Assembly (NCBI RefSeq): GCF_010894405.1
Contig: NZ_JAAIYA010000026.1
Span: 111,494-175,493 of the forward strand
Direction: 5' to 3'
Origin: Pyxidicoccus caerfyrddinensis
GTDB lineage: Bacteria; Myxococcota; Myxococcia; Myxococcales; Myxococcaceae
DNA length: 64,000 nt
In this document: piece by piece, positions 48,058-57,445 of the stretch
Position numbering within the stretch: position 1 is the first letter of the stretch
Layout: each line of letters begins with the position of its first letter
Translations under genes and position numbers: made by a program
The notes under the pieces: model-generated
Databases searched by the model: none
The model's input: the letters and a program-made list of their open reading frames with translations, nothing else
Told to the model about the DNA's origin: nothing

Positions 48058-50445
48058 ATGTCTATCTCCCCCTCTAAGACGTTGAGCCCGGCAGAGCTCG
48101 CGAAGCTGGAGCACGCCTTCGCTTCCGACCCCTCGTCCGCCGCCTACAAACCCCTCGCCGAGGCGTACCTGAGCATGGGTCGCTTCATGGAGGCGATGGT
48201 CGTCTGCAAGAAGGGGGTGAAGGCGCATCCGAACGCCTCCGACCCGCGCCTGCTGCTCGCCCGCGTCTACGCGGAGCAGGGCAAGGACAAGAAGGCGTTG
48301 GAAGAGGCGCTCGGCGCCCTCACCGTGCAGCCCGAGGACAAGGCCGCGCTGCGGATGGCCGGCACCCTCCAGTTGAAGACGGGCGAGACGGAGCCCGGCA
48401 AGGCCAACCTCCTCAAGGCGTACGGCGCGGACCCGGGTGACCCGGAGACCGTGACGCTCCTGCAGCAGTACAAGATCGACCTGCCCCGGCCCGCGGCGCC
48501 CGCGCCCGTGGCCGCGCCCCCGGTGCTCACGCCGGCCGCGCCGCCGCCTCCGTCCGCCACCCAGCAGTCCGCCGCCGCCCTCGCGAGCGTCGCGGCGACG
48601 GGGGCCTCGCAGGCTTCGCCCTCCGCCACGGCCCGGGCCACTTCGGGCGCCCCGCAGCAGCGCTCCTCGGGCGGTGCCAACGCGGCCCGCGCGGAGGCCC
48701 CGGCGGTCCGTTCGGCGCCGCAGCCGCGCCGCGCGCCCGTGGTGGTGGAAGAGGTGGACGAGGACGAGGACGACGAGCCCTCGACGTCGCGCCGCCGCCC
48801 GGCCTCGGGTGGCCGCGGCGGCAAGATGGTGACGCTGGCGCTGCTGGTGGCCATCCCGCTGTTCGCCATCGGCTACGGCTGGTACTCGTCGCACGCGAAG
48901 GCGCGCGCCCGCGAGCTGAAGAAGACGCTGGACGTGGCCACCGAGCTGCTCAAGCGCGACTCGTTCGACAGCTACAAGAAGGCGTGTGAGGCGGCGGACA
49001 AGGCGCTGGAGGTGGACTCCGACTCCACCGTGGCGCACGGCTACCTGGCCTACGCGTACGCCATCCGCTGGGGTGAGCACGGCGGCGGCGACGATGCGCG
49101 CCGCAAGGCCGAGGAGCACCTGGCCGCGGGCAAGGCGGGCAAGGACGTCAGCTCGCACCTCATCGCCGCCGAGGCCCTCATCCAGACGTACGGGGGCAAG
49201 GGCAAGGAAGCGCTGGGCAAGCTCGAGGAGACGGTGAAGGGGCTGGACGCCCAGGGCCGCTCCAGCTCGCTGCTCTACCTGACGCAGGGCCTCATCCAGA
49301 TGAACGCCGGCGATCTGGAGCGCGGGCGGGACAGCCTGGAGCGCGCGCAGGTGCTGGCGCCGGACGACCCGCGCATCTACGCGGGGCTGGGCGCCGTGTA
49401 CCGCCGCCTGGGCCAGGACAACACCGCCTGGAAGAACTACGACTTCGCGCTCCGCTACGAGAAGGACCACCCGGAGTCGCTGCTGGGTCGCGCGCTGCTG
49501 ATGCTGGAGCAGGACTCGCCCAACTACGGGCTGGCCCACACCATGCTGAAGAAGCTGCTGGAGACCGACCCGCCGCCGTCGCCGCGCCAGCTGGCCGCCG
49601 CGCACCTGGCCCGCTCGCTGCTCATCAGCCGCGTGTCGGCGGAGATGGCGGAGCTGAAGCCGGACGTGCAGCAGAAGCTGTCCGAGGCCACCGGCGTGCC
49701 GCTGGACAAGGACAAGGCGCGCGCGGAGATGCTCAAGAGCGAGGAGACCGGCTTCGCGCTCGACAAGCAGAACCCGGAGCTGCACCTCATCAAGGGCCGC
49801 CGGCTGCTGGCGGAGAACAACTTCGACGCGGCCGCCGAGGAGATTCGCAAGGCCATCCGCGTGGACGGCACGCGCGCCCAGTTCCACGTCGAGCTGGCCA
49901 AGGCCCTCATGGGCAAGCAGGGCGGCGAGAAGGAAGCCGCCGAGGCGCTCGTGACGGCCCTCAAGACGATGGGCGACAGCCCCAAGCTCGTCGTCATGCT
50001 GGGCAACGCGTACCGCCGCCAGGGCAAGCTGGACGAGGCCCTCACCCAGTACCAGCGCGCGGTGAAGGACCCGAAGGCGAAGAACCCCGAGGCGCGGCTG
50101 GCCATGGGCGCCATCTACCGCGAGCGCTCGGACTGGGCGAAGGCGCAGGAGCAGCTGGAGAAGGCGAGCCAGGAGTTCGTCGGCCAGGCCGACCGCGCGG
50201 CCATGGCCCTCACCGAGCTGGCGCGCGTCTACCAGGGCAAGGGTGACGCGGCGAAGGCAGACGAGACGTACCAGCGCGCCCTCAACGCCGACGAGAGCTA
50301 CGGCCCGGCCTACTACTTCTACGCCACCCTGCTGTCGAAGGACGCCAAGCAGGGCCCCAAGGCGAAGATGCTGGCCCAGGAGTACCTGAAGCGCGAGCCG
50401 AGCGGCGAGCACGCCAACGCCGCCCGCGCGCTGTCCGGGAGCTGA
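48058..50445 (+). CDS. TPR-repeat membrane protein (795 aa)
   Basis: N-terminal TPRs (AYKPLAEAYLSMGRFMEAMVVCKKGVKAHP) and an Ala/Pro-rich low-complexity segment. One TM segment (MVTLALLVAIPLFAIGYGWY) is followed by many C-terminal TPRs (YAGLGAVYRRLGQDNTAWKNYDFALRYEKDHPES). Confidence 0.85.
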   Translation: MSISPSKTLSPAELAKLEHAFASDPSSAAYKPLAEAYLSMGRFMEAMVVCKKGVKAHPNASDPRLLLARVYAEQGKDKKALEEALGALTVQPEDKAALRMAGTLQLKTGETEPGKANLLKAYGADPGDPETVTLLQQYKIDLPRPAAPAPVAAPPVLTPAAPPPPSATQQSAAALASVAATGASQASPSATARATSGAPQQRSSGGANAARAEAPAVRSAPQPRRAPVVVEEVDEDEDDEPSTSRRRPASGGRGGKMVTLALLVAIPLFAIGYGWYSSHAKARARELKKTLDVATELLKRDSFDSYKKACEAADKALEVDSDSTVAHGYLAYAYAIRWGEHGGGDDARRKAEEHLAAGKAGKDVSSHLIAAEALIQTYGGKGKEALGKLEETVKGLDAQGRSSSLLYLTQGLIQMNAGDLERGRDSLERAQVLAPDDPRIYAGLGAVYRRLGQDNTAWKNYDFALRYEKDHPESLLGRALLMLEQDSPNYGLAHTMLKKLLETDPPPSPRQLAAAHLARSLLISRVSAEMAELKPDVQQKLSEATGVPLDKDKARAEMLKSEETGFALDKQNPELHLIKGRRLLAENNFDAAAEEIRKAIRVDGTRAQFHVELAKALMGKQGGEKEAAEALVTALKTMGDSPKLVVMLGNAYRRQGKLDEALTQYQRAVKDPKAKNPEARLAMGAIYRERSDWAKAQEQLEKASQEFVGQADRAAMALTELARVYQGKGDAAKADETYQRALNADESYGPAYYFYATLLSKDAKQGPKAKMLAQEYLKREPSGEHANAARALSGS

Positions 50446-50486
50446 GACGACACGGCGCTCCCTTCGGGGCCCGGGCAGCAACAAGC

Positions 50487-50540
50487 GGGGCTGATGCGCG
50501 CGGGCAGCACGACGCGCGGTCAGCCCCGTTGCTTTGTTGA
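50487..50540 (+). terminator. Candidate rho-independent terminator after the TPR gene
   Basis: GGGGCTGA-TG-CGCGCG-(10-nt loop)-CGCGCG-G-TCAGCCCC, followed by GTTGCTTTGTTG. Confidence 0.5.
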
Positions 50541-50761
50541 AGGTGCCTCCGGCGGGCGGTATGCACCGGACGTTTGCCTTCCCGAGCGCACCAGGAGACG
50601 GGGCCTGACGGCCTCACGTGGCGGAGGGGATGCCTGGCGGGCAGCCGTCCGTCGGAGGCATCTCCGGGTGCCGTGTCCTTGCCCACCCCCCGGTGGTGCC
50701 TGTATGGGAAGGCCGTTCCCGCGTCGGCAGCCCGTCTGTCGCGCCTTGCCCCGGAGTCTGT

Positions 50762-51646
50762 GTGAGCGCGCGTGCCGAGTCCCTGTCGACGACCGCGTCC
50801 GACCTGATCTCCCTGACGAAGCCGCGGCTGTCCAGCCTGGTGCTCATCACCACGGCGGGCGGCATGTTCCTGGCGCCCGGCCCGCTGAACACAGTGCGCG
50901 CGCTGGTGACGCTCTTGGCCACGGCCGGCACGGTGGGCGCGGCCAACTCGCTCAACTGCTACTGGGAGCGGCACAGCGACCAGTTCATGGCGCGCACCCG
51001 CAACCGGCCGCTGCCCTCGGGGCGGATGGAGCCGTCGGTGGCGCTGTGGTTCGGCATCTCCCTGGCGGCGGTGTCCCTGCCGGCGCTGGCGCTGGGCGCC
51101 AACCTGCTCACCGCGGGCCTGGGCCTGCTCGCGCTGCTCAGCTACGTGCTGGCCTACACGCCGCTCAAGGCGCGCACCTCCGCCGCCATGCTGGTGGGCG
51201 CGGTGCCCGGCGCGCTGCCTCCGCTGATGGGGTGGACGGCGGTGACGAACGTGTTGGACGCGGGCGGCTTCGCGCTCTTCGCCATCCTCTTCCTGTGGCA
51301 GATGCCGCACTTCATCGCCATCGCCCTGTTCCGCAAGGAGGAGTACGCGGCGGCGGGCCTCAAGTCCGTGCCGCTGGAGCGCGGGGACGAGTCCAGCCGC
51401 GCGCAGGTGGTGCTCTACCTGGTGGCGCTGGTGCCGATGACGCTCTTGCCCTTCCAGCTGAACATCTCCGGCTCGTGGTACCTGGCGGCGGCGGTGGTGC
51501 TGGGCCTGGGCTTCCTAGGCCTGGGGGCGTGGGGTTTCTTCCGCCGGCTCGGGAAGCCCTGGGCGCGCCAGACGTTCTTCTATTCGCTCATCTACCTCAC
51601 CGTCCTGTTCGCCGCGATGACGCTCGACCGCGTCCCGCGCGGCTAG
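50762..51646 (+). CDS. ctaB: Protoheme IX farnesyltransferase (heme O synthase)
   Basis: GTG 50762 with GGAG 5 nt upstream (start uncertain). LISLTKPRLSSLVLITTAGGMFLA, NCYWERHSDQFMARTRNRPLPSG, and multiple TM segments. This is the canonical CtaB/CyoE UbiA-family signature. Confidence 0.85.
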   Translation: MSARAESLSTTASDLISLTKPRLSSLVLITTAGGMFLAPGPLNTVRALVTLLATAGTVGAANSLNCYWERHSDQFMARTRNRPLPSGRMEPSVALWFGISLAAVSLPALALGANLLTAGLGLLALLSYVLAYTPLKARTSAAMLVGAVPGALPPLMGWTAVTNVLDAGGFALFAILFLWQMPHFIAIALFRKEEYAAAGLKSVPLERGDESSRAQVVLYLVALVPMTLLPFQLNISGSWYLAAAVVLGLGFLGLGAWGFFRRLGKPWARQTFFYSLIYLTVLFAAMTLDRVPRG

Positions 51647-51673
51647 CGCGCAGGGTGCCGGGGGAAGTCACTC

Positions 51674-52663
51674 ATGCCTGATACCTCGGTCTCCACCCCT
51701 CCGGCGCCGCTGCTCCAGCTCGAAGGCCTCACGCGGCGCTTCAAGGGCCGCATCGCCGTGGACGGCTTGAGCCTGTCCGTGCGGCAGGGCGAAATCCTGG
51801 GCCTCCTGGGCCCCAACGGCGCGGGCAAGTCCACCACCTTCCAGGTGCTGGCGGGGCTCCTGGCTCCGGACGCGGGAGAGGTGCGCTTCGCCGGGAAGGT
51901 GCTGGCGCTGAGCGACCCGTCGCTGCGGCGGCAGATGGGCATCATCTTCCAGCGCAGCAGCCTGGATGACCTGCTCACCGCGCGGGAGAACCTGATGCTC
52001 GGGGCCCGGCTGTACGGCCTGGGCGGCGAGCGGGCGCGCGAGCGGGTGGAGGCGATGCTCGCGCTCATCGGCCTGCAGGACCGGGGCGACGAGAAGGTGG
52101 GCATCTGGTCCGGCGGCATGCGCAGGCGGCTGGAGCTGGCGCGTGCGCTGGTGCACCAGCCGCGCGTGGTGCTGATGGACGAGCCCACGCAGGGCCTGGA
52201 CGAGGCGGCCTTCCGCACCTTCTGGGCGCACCTCAAGCGGCTGCGCGACAGCGAGGGCGTCACGGTGCTGCTCACCACGCACCGCGCGGACGAGGCCGAG
52301 GTGTGCGACAGGCTCGCGGTGCTGGACGCGGGCAAGCTGGTGGCGTGTGACACGCCGGCGGCGCTGGCCTCGCGCATGGGCGGGGACATCCTCTCGCTGG
52401 AGGCGGCCGAGCCGGAGGCGCTGGCGCGCGAGGTGCGCGAGCGGCTGGGGCTGGACGCGAAGGTGGTGGAGGGGAGGGTGCAGGTGGAGGCCACAGAGGG
52501 CCATGCGCTGGTGCCCCGGCTGGTGGAGGCCTTCCCGGCCGGGCGGCTGACCTCCGTGTCGCTGCGCCGGCCCACGCTGGCGGACGTGTTCCTCCAGCTC
52601 ACGGGGCGCGCGCTGGGGGCGGACAAGCCCGCCGCCGAGCCCGCGCCGAGGAGACGCCGATGA
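51674..52663 (+). CDS. ABC transporter ATP-binding protein (ABC-2 / NosF-like subfamily)
   Basis: Walker A GPNGAGKST, signature SGGMRRRLELA, Walker B VVLMDEPTQGLD, H-loop TTHRADE. Confidence 0.9.
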   Translation: MPDTSVSTPPAPLLQLEGLTRRFKGRIAVDGLSLSVRQGEILGLLGPNGAGKSTTFQVLAGLLAPDAGEVRFAGKVLALSDPSLRRQMGIIFQRSSLDDLLTARENLMLGARLYGLGGERARERVEAMLALIGLQDRGDEKVGIWSGGMRRRLELARALVHQPRVVLMDEPTQGLDEAAFRTFWAHLKRLRDSEGVTVLLTTHRADEAEVCDRLAVLDAGKLVACDTPAALASRMGGDILSLEAAEPEALAREVRERLGLDAKVVEGRVQVEATEGHALVPRLVEAFPAGRLTSVSLRRPTLADVFLQLTGRALGADKPAAEPAPRRRR

Positions 52664-53529
52664 ACGCCGAGGTTTCCGCCGCTCCTCCGCCCGTGGAGGC
52701 CCCGCAGCCGCTGGAGGCCCGTGTGCCGGCTCCTGTCGCACCGGGCTCGCTCGCGCTGCAGTGGGCGACGGTGCGCGTGCTGCTGGTGCGCGACGTGGTG
52801 CGCTTCTTCCGTCAGCCCAGCCGCGTGGTGGGGGCGTTGGCGCAGCCCATCCTCTTCTGGTTCGTCATCGGCTCCGGCTTCGCGGGCTCGTTCCGCGTGG
52901 AGGGCGCGCAGGGGCTGGGCTACCAGCAGTTCTTCTTCCCCGGCGTCGTCACCATGGTGCTGCTGTTCAGCGCCATCTTCGCGACGATTACCGTCATCGA
53001 GGACCGGCGCGAGGGCTTCCTCCAGGCGGTGCTCGCCGGGCCGGGTTCGCGGCTGGCGGTGGTGCTGGGCAAGGCGCTGGGCTCGTCGGCGATTGCGCTG
53101 ATGCAGGCGTCGCTGTTCCTGCTGCTGGCCCCGCTGGCCGGGGTGAGCGCGGCCACGCTCGACCTGCCGCTGCTGCTGACGGTCATGGTGCTGTCCGCGC
53201 TGGCGCTCACCGGCATGGGCATGTCGCTGGCATGGTGGGTGCGCTCCAGCGCGGGCTACCACGCGGTGATGAGCATCGTCCTGCTGCCCATGTGGGTGCT
53301 GTCCGGGGCGATGTTCCCGCTCAAGGGCGCGGGCTCCTGGCTGGCGTGGGTGATGCGCGTGAATCCCATGCGCTTCTCCGTGGAGGGCGTGCGGCGCGCG
53401 CTGTACGGCGTGGAGGCGTCCGCGGCGGTGGGCCCCGCGTCCGTGGCGGGGCTGGAGGTGCCGGTGCTGCTCGCCTTCGCCACCGTGTTCGTGGGCCTGG
53501 CCGCCTTCAGCGTCAGCCGGCGCGAGTAG
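52660..53529 (+). CDS. ABC-2 type transporter permease
   Basis: ATGA overlap with the ATPase stop. Six hydrophobic segments are visible, along with ABC-2-like strings (FFRQPSRVVGALAQPILFWFVIG, MFPLKGAGSWLAWVMRVNPMRFSVEG). Confidence 0.85.
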   Translation: MNAEVSAAPPPVEAPQPLEARVPAPVAPGSLALQWATVRVLLVRDVVRFFRQPSRVVGALAQPILFWFVIGSGFAGSFRVEGAQGLGYQQFFFPGVVTMVLLFSAIFATITVIEDRREGFLQAVLAGPGSRLAVVLGKALGSSAIALMQASLFLLLAPLAGVSAATLDLPLLLTVMVLSALALTGMGMSLAWWVRSSAGYHAVMSIVLLPMWVLSGAMFPLKGAGSWLAWVMRVNPMRFSVEGVRRALYGVEASAAVGPASVAGLEVPVLLAFATVFVGLAAFSVSRRE

Positions 53530-53615
53530 CCCCAGGCGCACGCGGCTTGGACATCCGGAGCCCCGTTCAGTACGACGGGGTGGCTGATGAACCTGCTTCC
53601 CGAGGAGATTGCACG

Positions 53616-54482
53616 ATGACGCTGCGCACGCTCGGTCTGACGCTGTTGGGGACCGCGGGCCTGCTGGCCCTTCCCGCCTGCCAGAAGGAGGAGGCTCCGG
53701 CCGCTCCGACTCCGGCTGCCACCGCCCCGCAGCCCGCCGCGCCCACGCCCGCGCCCGAGGCCAAGCAGCACGCTGCCACGCCCATCCAGGAGCCCGGCGC
53801 GCAGGGGACCGCGCCCGCCGTTCCAGCCATCCCCGCCGGCAAGGGCGTGGTGCGCGGCACGGTGACGTTCACCGGCACGGCGCCCGTGGCGGCCGACCTG
53901 CCGCCGAGCAATGACCCTGCCTGCGAGGGCATGTCGATGAAGGACGCCTCGGTGCTGGTGAAGGACGGCAAGCTGGCGAACGTGCTGGTGCGCGTGCGCG
54001 GCAACGTGCCGGGCGCGCCGCCCGCGCCGTCGGCTCCGGTGCTGGTGGACCAGTCGAAGTGCACCTATGTGCCGCGCGTGCAGGGGGCGATGGTGGGCCA
54101 GCCGGTGGCCTTCAAGAACAGCGACGGGACGCTGCACAACGTGCGCGGACTGGTGGGCACGAAGTCCGCCTTCAACGTGGCGCAGCCGCCGTCGGGCGCG
54201 CAGGTGCAGAAGACCTTGCCCGCGGACGCGGAGGTGCTCAAGCTCAAGTGCGACGTGCACCCGTGGATGACGGCGTTCGTGGTGACGAACCCGAATCCGT
54301 ACTTCGCCACCACGGGCGCGGACGGCACGTTCAGCCTCCAGGGCCTGCCCGCCGGGAAGTACACGGTGGAGGCCTGGCACGAGTCGCTCGGCACGAAGAC
54401 GGCCGAAGTCACGGTGAAGGACGACGCGCCGGCCGAGGCCTCCTTCGCCTTCTCCGCGACGGACGCCTCCGCGAAGAAGTGA
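53616..54482 (+). CDS. Cupredoxin-like (type-1 Cu motif) lipoprotein with a carboxypeptidase-regulatory-like C-terminus
   Basis: ATG 53616 with GAGGAG upstream. Lipobox: MTLRTLGLTLLGTAGLLALPAC/QKE. Ligand pattern FKNSDGTLHNV ... LKCDVHPWM (Cys-x2-His-x2-Met). The C-terminus is GADGTFSLQGLPAGKYTVEAWHESLG. Confidence 0.7.
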   Translation: MTLRTLGLTLLGTAGLLALPACQKEEAPAAPTPAATAPQPAAPTPAPEAKQHAATPIQEPGAQGTAPAVPAIPAGKGVVRGTVTFTGTAPVAADLPPSNDPACEGMSMKDASVLVKDGKLANVLVRVRGNVPGAPPAPSAPVLVDQSKCTYVPRVQGAMVGQPVAFKNSDGTLHNVRGLVGTKSAFNVAQPPSGAQVQKTLPADAEVLKLKCDVHPWMTAFVVTNPNPYFATTGADGTFSLQGLPAGKYTVEAWHESLGTKTAEVTVKDDAPAEASFAFSATDASAKK

Positions 54483-54495
54483 GCGTGTCGAAACG

Positions 54496-55992
54496 ATGAG
54501 CACGCACGGGCTCGCGCGGGTGCGGTGGTGGTACCTGCGCGGGCTCGGGTTCGTTTTCTGTCTCGCGTTCGCCTCGCTGCTCCCGCAGTTGCCCGAGCTG
54601 CTCGGACCTCAGGGACTGAGCCCCGCCGCGGAGTGGCTCGACCAGGTCCGTGAGTATCTGGGTGGCGAAGGACGCATGCTGCGCGTGCCCACGCTGCTGT
54701 GGCTCACGGGGGCGAGCACCGGGGCCTTGCGGGGCGTGAGCATCGCGGGCCTCCTGTGCGGCCTGCTGCTGGTGGTGGATGTGGCGCCGCGCTACGCGCT
54801 GGTGGGCGCGTGGGCCGCGTACCTGTCCATCACCACCGTGGGCGGCGTGTTCCTCAGCTTCCAGTGGGACGTGCTGCTGCTGGAGACCGCGCTCGTCTCG
54901 CTGCCGCTCACACCCGGACACCTGTGGCCGCCGCGCGTGGCATCGGAGCCGCGCCGTGAGGCGGTGCTCCTCGTCCGCTTCCTGTTGTTCCGGCTGATGG
55001 TGATGTCCGGCCTCGTGAAGCTCGCGAGTGGCGCCCCGACGTGGCGCGACTTCACCGCGCTCGAGTACCACTACTGGACGCAGCCGCTGCCGAATGCGCT
55101 GGCGTACTTCGCGCACCAGCTTCCGGCGGGGCTGCAGCGGGCCAGCGCGGTGGCCATGTTCATCATCGAGTTGATGGTGCCGTTCTTCCTCTTCGGGCCC
55201 CGGCGCGTGCGGCTCGCGGCGGCCGCGCTGCTGGTGCTGCTCCAGGTGGGCATCTTCGCCACCGGGAGCTATGGCTTCTTCAACCTGCTGACGCTCGTGC
55301 TGTGTTTCGCCGCGCTCGATGACGGCGTGCTGCGCCGGCTGCGCTTCCCGAAGCTCGGGGAGGAGGGTGCTCCACCAGCGCCGCGCTCACGGTGGGGCAC
55401 CGCGGCCTTCACCGTGTTCGCCGGCGGCTATGCCGTGCTCGCGCTGTCGCAGGATGCGCGCCGCCTCATGCGCTGGAGTCCTCCGTCGCTGGTGTCGACG
55501 GTGCTCGAAGCCGTGAATCCCTTCAACAGCATCAACACCTACGGCCTCTTCGCGGTGATGACCACGCAGCGCGAGGAAATCGTCATCGAGGGCAGCGACG
55601 ACGGGCAGACGTGGTACGAGTACCTCCTGCGCTGGCGCCCGGGCCCGGTGGACGAGCGGCCCCGCGTGGCCGCGCCGCACATGCCCCGGCTGGACTGGCA
55701 GATGTGGTTCGCCGCGCTGTCCACCTGCCGCGACAATCCGTGGCTCTTGCGCCTCCAGGACGCGCTGCTCCGGGGCGAGCCCCAGGTGCGCGACTTCTTC
55801 CGCAAGGGCTCGCTGCCGGACACGCCTCCACGCTACGTGCGCACCGTCCTCTACGACTACCGCTTCACGGACTTCGCGACGTGGCGCTCCACGGGCGCCT
55901 GGTGGACCCGGCGGGCGGTAGGCCCCTATTGCCCGCCGCTCATGCTGCGGGATGGGCAATTGCAGCGGGCGGACCCGACTTCTTCACCGTGA
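54496..55992 (+). CDS. Lipase maturation factor (LMF1/DUF1222) family membrane protein
   Basis: WWYLRGLGFVFCLAFASLLPQLPELLGPQGLSP, LSFQWDVLLLETALVSLPL, and PRLDWQMWFAAL. The gene is polytopic and starts 13 nt after the cupredoxin-like gene. Confidence 0.85.
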   Translation: MSTHGLARVRWWYLRGLGFVFCLAFASLLPQLPELLGPQGLSPAAEWLDQVREYLGGEGRMLRVPTLLWLTGASTGALRGVSIAGLLCGLLLVVDVAPRYALVGAWAAYLSITTVGGVFLSFQWDVLLLETALVSLPLTPGHLWPPRVASEPRREAVLLVRFLLFRLMVMSGLVKLASGAPTWRDFTALEYHYWTQPLPNALAYFAHQLPAGLQRASAVAMFIIELMVPFFLFGPRRVRLAAAALLVLLQVGIFATGSYGFFNLLTLVLCFAALDDGVLRRLRFPKLGEEGAPPAPRSRWGTAAFTVFAGGYAVLALSQDARRLMRWSPPSLVSTVLEAVNPFNSINTYGLFAVMTTQREEIVIEGSDDGQTWYEYLLRWRPGPVDERPRVAAPHMPRLDWQMWFAALSTCRDNPWLLRLQDALLRGEPQVRDFFRKGSLPDTPPRYVRTVLYDYRFTDFATWRSTGAWWTRRAVGPYCPPLMLRDGQLQRADPTSSP

Positions 55993-57445
55993 AGCCCACC
56001 CGCGCGCCCCCCCCGGCGCGGTTCTCCGCGAAGGCCTCACCTCCGTGGGCGCGCGCAATCCGCTGCACCAGCGCCAGCCCCAGTCCCAGCGAGCCCGCCT
56101 CGCGGGCCTCGCCGCCCCGGTCCTTCCGGTAGAAGGGCTGGAAGATGCGCACCTCCTCGCCCGGCAGGAGCCCCTGGCCCCGGTCGTCCACGAAGAAGGC
56201 GAGGTGCTCGCCGCGCTCCTGGACGCGCAGCGCCTCCGCGCCCGCGCCATGTCGCCGCGCGTTCTCCAGCAGGTTGGCCAGCGCCCGCCCCAGCAGCGTC
56301 GCGTCTCCCTGCAGGCCCGCCTCCGCCGCCTCCACGTCCAGCAGCTCCACTGGCAGCCCCGCGCGCTCCAGCGCCTGCGCCGCGAGCGTGCGCCCGTCCA
56401 GCACCCGCGACGTGAGCTGCCCGAAGTCCAGCCGCGAGCTGGCCAGCAGCTCGCCCACCAGCGCGTCCAGCTCCACCACCTCGCGGTCCACCTGGTCCAG
56501 CGTCTTCGGGTTGCCTCCGCCGTCGCGCAGCAGCTCCGTCAGCACGCGCATGCGGGCCAGCGGCGTACGCAGCTCGTGCGACACCGCGGCGAGCATCTCG
56601 CGCTGGTCCGCCACCTGCTTCTCGATGCGGCCCGCCATGTCGTTGAAGGCGACGGCCAGCACGGCGAACTCGCCCGTGGTGTGCGGGAGCACCTCGGCGC
56701 GCGCGTTCAGCTTCCCCGCGCCCAGCGCCTCGGTGGCCTTCACCAGCGCGTCCACCGGCCGGGCCAGCCGCCGGGCCAGCTTCCCCGCGGCGAGCCACAG
56801 CACTGCTCCAGCGAGCACCAGCGGCAGCGCCACCCGGAGCGGGTTCTTCGGACGGAAGGGGGAGTAGCACGCCCGCACCATCCCCAGCGGGACGCCGTCG
56901 CGCTCCACGGGGACACTCAGCTCGGAGCGCCGGCACGGCTCGCCCCCGCGCACCAGCAGTGCGCCGGAGGTGTCCCGCAGCTCCACGCCAATCTCCAGGT
57001 CCGTGGCGATGGAGTGCACCAGCGCGTCGCGCCGCGCGGGCTCGTTCCAGACCTCCTCGAAGCGGTGGCCCACGAAGGTCCGCATCCGGTCGGTCTCCTG
57101 CTTCCACGTGTTGCCGCCCACCAGGTTCATCACCGTCACCACCACGAGGCCCGTGGCGAGGATGGACAGCCCGAACCAGAGGAAGAGGCGCCGGTGCAGC
57201 CGCGCGCGCACGAAGTGCCCCAGCCGGCCCATGCGCCAGTACCGGTGCCGCCAGCGCGCGTGCGCCCGCATGTGCCGCCGCCAGGCCGCGGGGCCATGCC
57301 CATGTCCCCAGGGACCATGCCCCCAGTGCTCCATGCCGTGGCCCGGGGAAGCACCCTCGGGCTTTTGTTCGGAGTCCTCCTCGTGAAGACCGCAGTCGGG
57401 GCCACAGTCGGGCCCGTGGCCCCAGTCGCGCCGGCGGCCTCTCAT
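55940..57445 (-). CDS. Sensor histidine kinase (CpxA/EnvZ-like) with a His-rich N-terminal extension
   Basis: H-box AAVSHELRTPLARM. HATPase motifs LLENARRHG, VDDRGQGL and GLGLALV. A HAMP-like linker follows two TM segments. The N-terminus is GHGMEHWGHGPWGHGHGPAAWRRHMRAHARWRHRY. ATGA overlap with the response regulator gene. Confidence 0.88.
   Translation of the reverse strand: MRGRRRDWGHGPDCGPDCGLHEEDSEQKPEGASPGHGMEHWGHGPWGHGHGPAAWRRHMRAHARWRHRYWRMGRLGHFVRARLHRRLFLWFGLSILATGLVVVTVMNLVGGNTWKQETDRMRTFVGHRFEEVWNEPARRDALVHSIATDLEIGVELRDTSGALLVRGGEPCRRSELSVPVERDGVPLGMVRACYSPFRPKNPLRVALPLVLAGAVLWLAAGKLARRLARPVDALVKATEALGAGKLNARAEVLPHTTGEFAVLAVAFNDMAGRIEKQVADQREMLAAVSHELRTPLARMRVLTELLRDGGGNPKTLDQVDREVVELDALVGELLASSRLDFGQLTSRVLDGRTLAAQALERAGLPVELLDVEAAEAGLQGDATLLGRALANLLENARRHGAGAEALRVQERGEHLAFFVDDRGQGLLPGEEVRIFQPFYRKDRGGEAREAGSLGLGLALVQRIARAHGGEAFAENRAGGGARVGFTVKKSGPPAAIAHPAA

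Noticed and set aside
48043-50484. 813-aa minus-strand ORF
   Set aside because: It is antisense to the TPR protein gene, whose translation shows clear TPR repeats and a TM helix.
51643-53541. 632-aa minus-strand ORF and 573-aa plus-strand ORF (52761..54482)
   Set aside because: The first is antisense to the ABC ATPase and permease. The second is only genuine from ATG 53616 (the lipoprotein), and its upstream part overlaps the permease in another frame.
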